Origin: Coleofasciculus chthonoplastes F2-STO-03
GTDB lineage: Bacteria > Cyanobacteriota > Cyanobacteriia > Cyanobacteriales > Coleofasciculaceae
NCBI GenBank assembly: GCA_040222015.1
Contig: JAVJWO010000005.1
Span: forward strand, 16,823 to 80,822
Length of the DNA stretch: 64,000 bases
Direction of reading: 5' to 3'
Shown: positions 59,006 to 64,000 of the stretch, in pieces
How positions within the stretch are numbered: the first letter of the stretch is position 1
Layout of the letters: each line of letters begins with the position of its first letter
Made by a program: the position numbers and the translations under genes
The notes under the pieces: generated by a model
The model's input: only the letters and a program-made list of their open reading frames with translations
What the model was told of the DNA's origin: nothing
Database searches by the model: none

Positions 59006-59779
59006 ATGAGCGATGAAAATAAATCGATTCACGAATTCGATCTAAAATTAATCTGTGAATATTATTCAAGCTTAGAACGACAAGGACCTGGGAGTCCTGA
59101 AGTAACGATTAAAGCTTTGAGCTTTATTGATAATCTGACGAATGAATCACAAATTGCTGATATTGGTTGTGGAACTGGTGGTCAGACAATGGCAATGGCT
59201 AGTTGTACGTCAGGGTATATTACAGGCATCGACTTATTTCCCACCTTTATAGATATATTTAATGTTAACGCCCATAAACTGAATCTTCAGGATAGAGTCA
59301 ATGGTATTGCTGGTTCAATGGAGAATCTTCCTTTTCAGAATGAAGAATTAGACTTAATCTGGTCAGAAGGAGCAATCTACAATATCGGGTTTGAACGAGG
59401 CATAAACGAATGGCATAAGTTTTTGAAGACAGGAGGCTTTATTGGCGTTTCAGAGGCATCGTGGTTTACCGAAGAGCGACCTGATGAAATTGACGAATTT
59501 TGGAAAGATGCTTATCCGGAAATAGATACTATTTCAAACAAGGTGGCACAAATGCAAAAAGCAGGATATATTCCAATTGCCACTTTTGTCCTGCCCGAAA
59601 GTTGTTGGACTGAACATTTTTATACGCCGCAAGTTTCTGCACAAAAAGACTTCTTGAGAAAATATACAGGCAATAAAACTGCCGAAGAGTTCATAGAAAA
59701 CCAAAGACATGAAGCTGAATTATATTACAAGCACAAAGAATTTTATGGCTATGCTTTCTATATCGGCAAAAAGATTTAA
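59006..59779 (+). CDS. Class I SAM-dependent methyltransferase
   Basis: [32 protein letters not shown]. Confidence 0.9.
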   Translation: MSDENKSIHEFDLKLICEYYSSLERQGPGSPEVTIKALSFIDNLTNESQIADIGCGTGGQTMAMASCTSGYITGIDLFPTFIDIFNVNAHKLNLQDRVNGIAGSMENLPFQNEELDLIWSEGAIYNIGFERGINEWHKFLKTGGFIGVSEASWFTEERPDEIDEFWKDAYPEIDTISNKVAQMQKAGYIPIATFVLPESCWTEHFYTPQVSAQKDFLRKYTGNKTAEEFIENQRHEAELYYKHKEFYGYAFYIGKKI

Positions 59780-59919
59780 ATTGAACGATTGAATGTTGGT
59801 TCTATCGACATGGGATTCGTTTTGAAGAGGACACATCATTTATGTAGAGACGCGCCATGGCGCGTCTCTACAATGGTGCTAAGATTTATCCATCATCCCT
59901 ACATACAGCCAGACCAAAC

Positions 59920-60543
59920 CTACGCGATCGCACCCTCAAAATAAATTCTAAATGGTTCAGCAAGAATGCCTAATATTTGATTTAACTGGGTAATGAAATA
60001 TTCAGTAAAATCAATTTTTACCATCTGGTTTTCTAACATAATAAACTTCCAGTTCGTACCCGTTGAAACTGCACCATATACTACTGGCTGTTCCAGCCCC
60101 TTACGGGCATTAAATATTTGAGCAGCAACCATTTGAGCGACACATTGTCCTAAGCCAATGCGGATATCATTATCTTTCGCTTCAACCACTGTTAAAACAG
60201 GAGCAGTAACTAGGGATTGATTTTTTGATGCACTTAAGATAAAGTCACAAGCACCCGTTAACCCTTTTGATTCGTCAACATTAAACGTATTGCCAGAAAA
60301 ATAACCAATTTTATTATTAAATTTACGTCTCACTTCCAATAAAACCGGAGTAATAATTAATTCAGACCGAGCCTTTTCTGTACTGATACTTGCCGCTAAA
60401 TCCAACGTTTCATCCAGCGTTTCCTTAAGCCGTTGTGAAGGTTCAATGGGTGCAATGTGACTAAATAAATGAGAAATATCCTCGACTGTTAATTCGAGGA
60501 TAGAAACGGCTTGGTCAATCGTTTTGAAATCACTGTATGACAT
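59920..60543 (-). CDS. Cyanobacterial hypothetical protein with a putative PD-(D/E)XK restriction-like fold
   Basis: EKARSELII.P.L, G.CDF, VVEAK, GLGQC.AQM.AA, YGAVSTG..W.F. Confidence 0.7.
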   Translation of the reverse strand: MSYSDFKTIDQAVSILELTVEDISHLFSHIAPIEPSQRLKETLDETLDLAASISTEKARSELIITPVLLEVRRKFNNKIGYFSGNTFNVDESKGLTGACDFILSASKNQSLVTAPVLTVVEAKDNDIRIGLGQCVAQMVAAQIFNARKGLEQPVVYGAVSTGTNWKFIMLENQMVKIDFTEYFITQLNQILGILAEPFRIYFEGAIA

Positions 60544-60795
60544 ATTTCCAGAGTCAGCAGCACTTACAATGCTACTATAATCATTGTGCCACACTCTATT
60601 CGGTCGGTGATAAGAAGAGTGCAATTGAGCGAAGCTCAGCGCCAAAGGCGATCGCGCTTGCGTTGCTGCTGTTGTTATCGTAATCGCCCTGATTCATAAG
60701 TCACCCAAATAACCCTAATTAGAGCAGGATGTTGTGTTGCACAAATAATCCAAAATGATATAACTCCAGTATTCAGCCAATTATACTTACTACCC

Positions 60796-61293
60796 ATGAG
60801 AAAAATCGTTGTCGGCGTGATGGGACCCGGTAAAGGGGCTACCGCCACAGACTTAGAACGGGCTTATGAATTGGGACAACGTATCGCCCAGCAGGGATGG
60901 GTACTGCTGACAGGTGGTAGAAATGCTGGAGTAATGAATGCAGCAAGTCTTGGCGCAAAAGCCGCCGATGGCTTAACCGTGGGCATTTTACCCAGCCGCG
61001 ATACTCAGAGTATGTCGGATGCTGTGGATATTGCGATCGCGACGGATATGGGGAGTGGGCGCAATAATATTAACGTTCTCTCCAGTGATGTGGTGATTGC
61101 CTGTGGTATTGGTGCAGGAACCGCCTCTGAAATCGCTCTCGCCCTTAAGGGTGGCAAACCTGTGGTACTATTATCCGACCATCCAGAAAGTCAACAGTTT
61201 TTTACCAGCCTGTCGCCGGAGACGGTTTTTTTGGCAACAACCCCAGCCGATGCCATTGACGTTGTGCAAGCGATTATCCAGGAAAACCGCTAA
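60796..61293 (+). CDS. TIGR00725 / LOG-like Rossmann-fold protein
   Basis: VGVMGPG, LLTGG..GVM.AA..GAK, TVGILP, RNNIN, GTASE. Confidence 0.85.
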   Translation: MRKIVVGVMGPGKGATATDLERAYELGQRIAQQGWVLLTGGRNAGVMNAASLGAKAADGLTVGILPSRDTQSMSDAVDIAIATDMGSGRNNINVLSSDVVIACGIGAGTASEIALALKGGKPVVLLSDHPESQQFFTSLSPETVFLATTPADAIDVVQAIIQENR

Positions 61294-61540
61294 CTGTCGC
61301 CGTTTGACTCAACACCGCTAGAGGCGCGATCGCGTCTAACCCGTTTCACCACGGGTGGATACCACAAACTCAATCATAGATGTAAGGCGATGGCTACCCC
61401 TCACAGAAACAATCATATTGTTAATGGTTATTACAACAGGCGTTAATCCCTTAATATAGTAATACTTAACCTAAGGAATACATCTAAAGTCTCGGTTCGT
61501 TTTAAGCTAGAACACAGTATTTGAGAGGATAGAACACAAT

Positions 61541-62140
61541 ATGGCCTACGCACTTCCTGATTTACCTTACGCTTACAACGCTCTGGAGCCTTACATCTCA
61601 GCTAAAACGCTAGAGTTTCATCACGACAAGCACCACGCGAAGTACGTTAATAACTTCAACGACATGTCGCAAGCCGCTGGTATGGCTGACAAGTCCATCG
61701 AGGAAGTCATTAAGGCTAGCTACAATGATTCATCCAAGTCAGGGCTTTTCAATAATGCCGCCCAAGCTTGGAACCACACCTTCTTCTGGAACTCAATGAA
61801 GTCGGGTGGTGGCGGTGCGCCCAGTGGTGCAGTCGCTGACAAAATCAAGTCAGATTTAGGCGGCTACGATAAGTTCAAGGAAGAATTCAAGAAAGCCGCG
61901 ACAAGTCAGTTTGGTAGTGGCTGGGCGTGGCTAGTCCTCGATAATGGCACGCTCAAAGTAGTTAACACCGCCAATGCGGTTAATCCCATTGCTTTGGGAA
62001 TGACACCGTTGTTAACCTGTGATGTGTGGGAACACGCCTACTATCTGGATTATCAAAACAAGCGTCCTGATTTTGTGGAAGCGTTTCTCAGCAATCTGAT
62101 TAACTGGGACTTGGTGAATCAGCAAATGGCTGCGGCTTGA
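61541..62140 (+). CDS. sodB: Fe superoxide dismutase
   Basis: HHDKHH, FNNAAQAWNH (Fe-type), FGSGWAW, DVWEHAYY. Confidence 0.95.
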   Translation: MAYALPDLPYAYNALEPYISAKTLEFHHDKHHAKYVNNFNDMSQAAGMADKSIEEVIKASYNDSSKSGLFNNAAQAWNHTFFWNSMKSGGGGAPSGAVADKIKSDLGGYDKFKEEFKKAATSQFGSGWAWLVLDNGTLKVVNTANAVNPIALGMTPLLTCDVWEHAYYLDYQNKRPDFVEAFLSNLINWDLVNQQMAAA

Positions 62141-62179
62141 AGATAATCCAGTGAAGTTGTCACGTCAGTAACAGTGACT

Positions 62180-62214
62180 AGCCCCGCCTGATCTGGACAT
62201 CAGACGGGGCTTTT
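62180..62214 (+). terminator. Rho-independent terminator after sodB
   Basis: AGCCCCGCCTGAT/ATCAGACGGGGCT stem followed by a T run. Confidence 0.7.
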
Positions 62215-62256
62215 GGCAGTTTTGGTTCTTGATGTGCGATCGCGCCTATACAGAAA

Positions 62257-62466
62257 ATGAACAGTAAAGACTTAGCCCAATACATTGAAGCGACAGACGG
62301 GATTGCCAAGCCTTGGCTGTTAGTGCAATTGCGTTTACGGAAACTCCAAGAGCGTAAAGCAACCATGACACCAGATGCCTATACTCGTGAGCTAGCTGAG
62401 ATTCATCAGGATCTGATGAATCTGGGTGAGTGGTGGCATGGTATTGAAGCGGAGGTGTTTGGCTAA
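62257..62466 (+). CDS. Small hypothetical protein, probably a conserved cyanobacterial family
   Basis: 69-aa ORF with ATG start. Confidence 0.7.
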   Translation: MNSKDLAQYIEATDGIAKPWLLVQLRLRKLQERKATMTPDAYTRELAEIHQDLMNLGEWWHGIEAEVFG

Positions 62467-62825
62467 TCCTATTCAGATAAGCTCTAATTTCCTGTGCCTG
62501 TACTTCCCCAGCTTCCCCTGCTTCCAAAGCACATCTGTGGCTAATTGCAATCAGGTGATCCGCCTCACACGGGTTGCCTCAAAGTATCACGTTGAGCCAA
62601 AAAACGTCATCACAACCTTTTCCAGTATTTTTATTACATTAGAAGTATCCAGTTTGAGAATTTTTCGCTATACCTGTCCTAGGCGTGAAAATCACCGCTT
62701 TTAAGCCAAGACGGATTAATGGCAAAGGATAGGATTACTCAACTCTCAGAGAGATTTATCATTATAGTCAACTACTAACTCATAAACTTCGATTGTCCTA
62801 ACGAGTCCCCTTGAGGTAACCCTCC

Positions 62826-63689
62826 ATGTTTGACACAACCCAAATACTCATCGACAACTTTGTGGATCGGATTCGAGAAGGCTACAGCCGAACTTACGGT
62901 GGCTGGAAATCTGACTATGCTGACATTATCGGCTGGGCGGGCGCCATGGCATTAGAAAATATTGCCAATAGTGACGCTCTCTACCACAATGTTGAACATA
63001 CCATTTTAGTCACCCTAGTCGGACAGGAAATTCTGCGCGGTAAACATATCCGTGAAGGAGGCATTTCCTGTGAAGACTGGATGCATGCGATTATCTCCTT
63101 ACTCTGCCATGATATTGGTTACGTTAAAGGAGTCTGCCGACAAGACCGATTAAGTGAAAACCGCTATGCCACAGGCGTAGATGGGGACAAGGTGAGTTTA
63201 CCACCAGGGGCGACAGATGCCAGCCTCACCCCCTATCACGTTGATCGCGGTAAGCTGTTTATTGAAGAACGGTTTGGTGGCAATTTACTGATTGACGCTG
63301 AAGAAATTAAGCGGAATATTGAACTCACTCGTTTTCCGGTGCCAAGTGATCAAGACCACCTAGACACAAGTAACTGTCCCGGTTTAGTAAGATCCGCCGA
63401 TTTAATTGGTCAACTCAGTGATCCGCGCTACTTGAAAAAGATTAGTGCCTTGTACTACGAGTTTGAAGAAACGGGTGTGAATAAAGCCTTAGGCTATAGT
63501 CATCCAGGAGACTTGCGCCAAAACTATTCCAAGTTTTACTGGAGTGGGGTGTATCCCTACATTAAAGACTCATTGCGCTACTTAGAGTTGACGCTAGAGG
63601 GTAAGCAAATCGTGGCAAACCTTTATGCCAATGTGTTTGTGGTCGAACATGAACACCCCTCTCTCCATGCAACCATTAGTGCAGCATAA
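62826..63689 (+). CDS. HD-domain metal-dependent phosphohydrolase (Npun_R2479-like)
   Basis: YHNVEHT, CHDIGY, YHVDRG, ADLIGQL. Confidence 0.88.
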   Translation: MFDTTQILIDNFVDRIREGYSRTYGGWKSDYADIIGWAGAMALENIANSDALYHNVEHTILVTLVGQEILRGKHIREGGISCEDWMHAIISLLCHDIGYVKGVCRQDRLSENRYATGVDGDKVSLPPGATDASLTPYHVDRGKLFIEERFGGNLLIDAEEIKRNIELTRFPVPSDQDHLDTSNCPGLVRSADLIGQLSDPRYLKKISALYYEFEETGVNKALGYSHPGDLRQNYSKFYWSGVYPYIKDSLRYLELTLEGKQIVANLYANVFVVEHEHPSLHATISAA

Positions 63690-63712
63690 AAGATGGTGGG
63701 GGTACGACATGT

Positions 63713-64000
63713 CCACCCGTGTCAACTTAAGCTCAACCCCTCACCCGTGCAAAAAAAAGCGAAGCATCCTTAGTCCTCCCCCATGCAACAAAAGCGAAGC
63801 ATCCTCTGTCCTCCCCCATGCAACAAAAGCGAAGCATCCTCTGTCCTCCCCCCTCTTGTAGGGGGGAACGAGGGGGGTAGGGGGGAACGAGGGGGGTCCG
63901 GAGTTGGGGTTAGGGGATGAGGGGGAAATGTCGAGGAGTAAATAGACACAGCTTAAAACCTTGCCAGCATTGATTTTCTACCTTAAGTTGACACGGGTGG
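63713..64000. mobile_element. MITE-like element with 19-bp perfect TIRs CCACCCGTGTCAACTTAAG and internal 35-bp tandem repeats
   Basis: 63713-63731 is the reverse complement of 63982-64000; AAAAGCGAAGCATCCT..GTCCTCCCCC x3 inside. Confidence 0.8.

Noticed and set aside
63755..63853. 35-bp repeats as a CRISPR array
   Set aside because: Units are directly adjacent with no unique spacers, lie inside a MITE, and there are no cas genes
267..63861. Numerous short alternative-frame and antisense ORFs in the ORF track
   Set aside because: They overlap well-supported genes or repeats and show no recognisable motifs

Overview
Chromosomal window from a cyanobacterium. Support: abundant HIP1 octamer GCGATCGC, STRR heptamers, GTAG-type REP palindromes and cyanobacterial gene families; a filamentous Oscillatoriales/Coleofasciculus-like source is an inference. 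Housekeeping genes are glgP, an LptD-like DUF3769 protein, an RsbU/RsbW partner-switching pair, queG, a TrpE/PabB-family gene, gatA, tRNA-His, an ABC-F ATPase, msrA, ppx, ubiA/plqA and sodB. Accessory modules lie between them. The most striking is a ~6 kb stand-alone biosynthetic cluster at 6017-11591: DpgA-like type III PKS, DpgB- and DpgD-like crotonases, a CoA-acylating aldehyde dehydrogenase, an O-methyltransferase and a TerB-fold protein, with no DpgC or aminotransferase. It is bracketed by a 126-bp direct repeat (125/126 identical) and carries a relic of a diverged second glgP 3' end. Other notable items: a non-autonomous IscB/omegaRNA (HEARO) element with an in-frame internally deleted iscB inserted directly before an ATGA start codon; a damaged CHAT-protease three-gene module; REP elements translated in frame inside proteins; several MITE-like elements; and a toxin-antitoxin cassette array whose junctions carry HIP1 sites. 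All protein calls come from motif recognition by eye, not from database searches.
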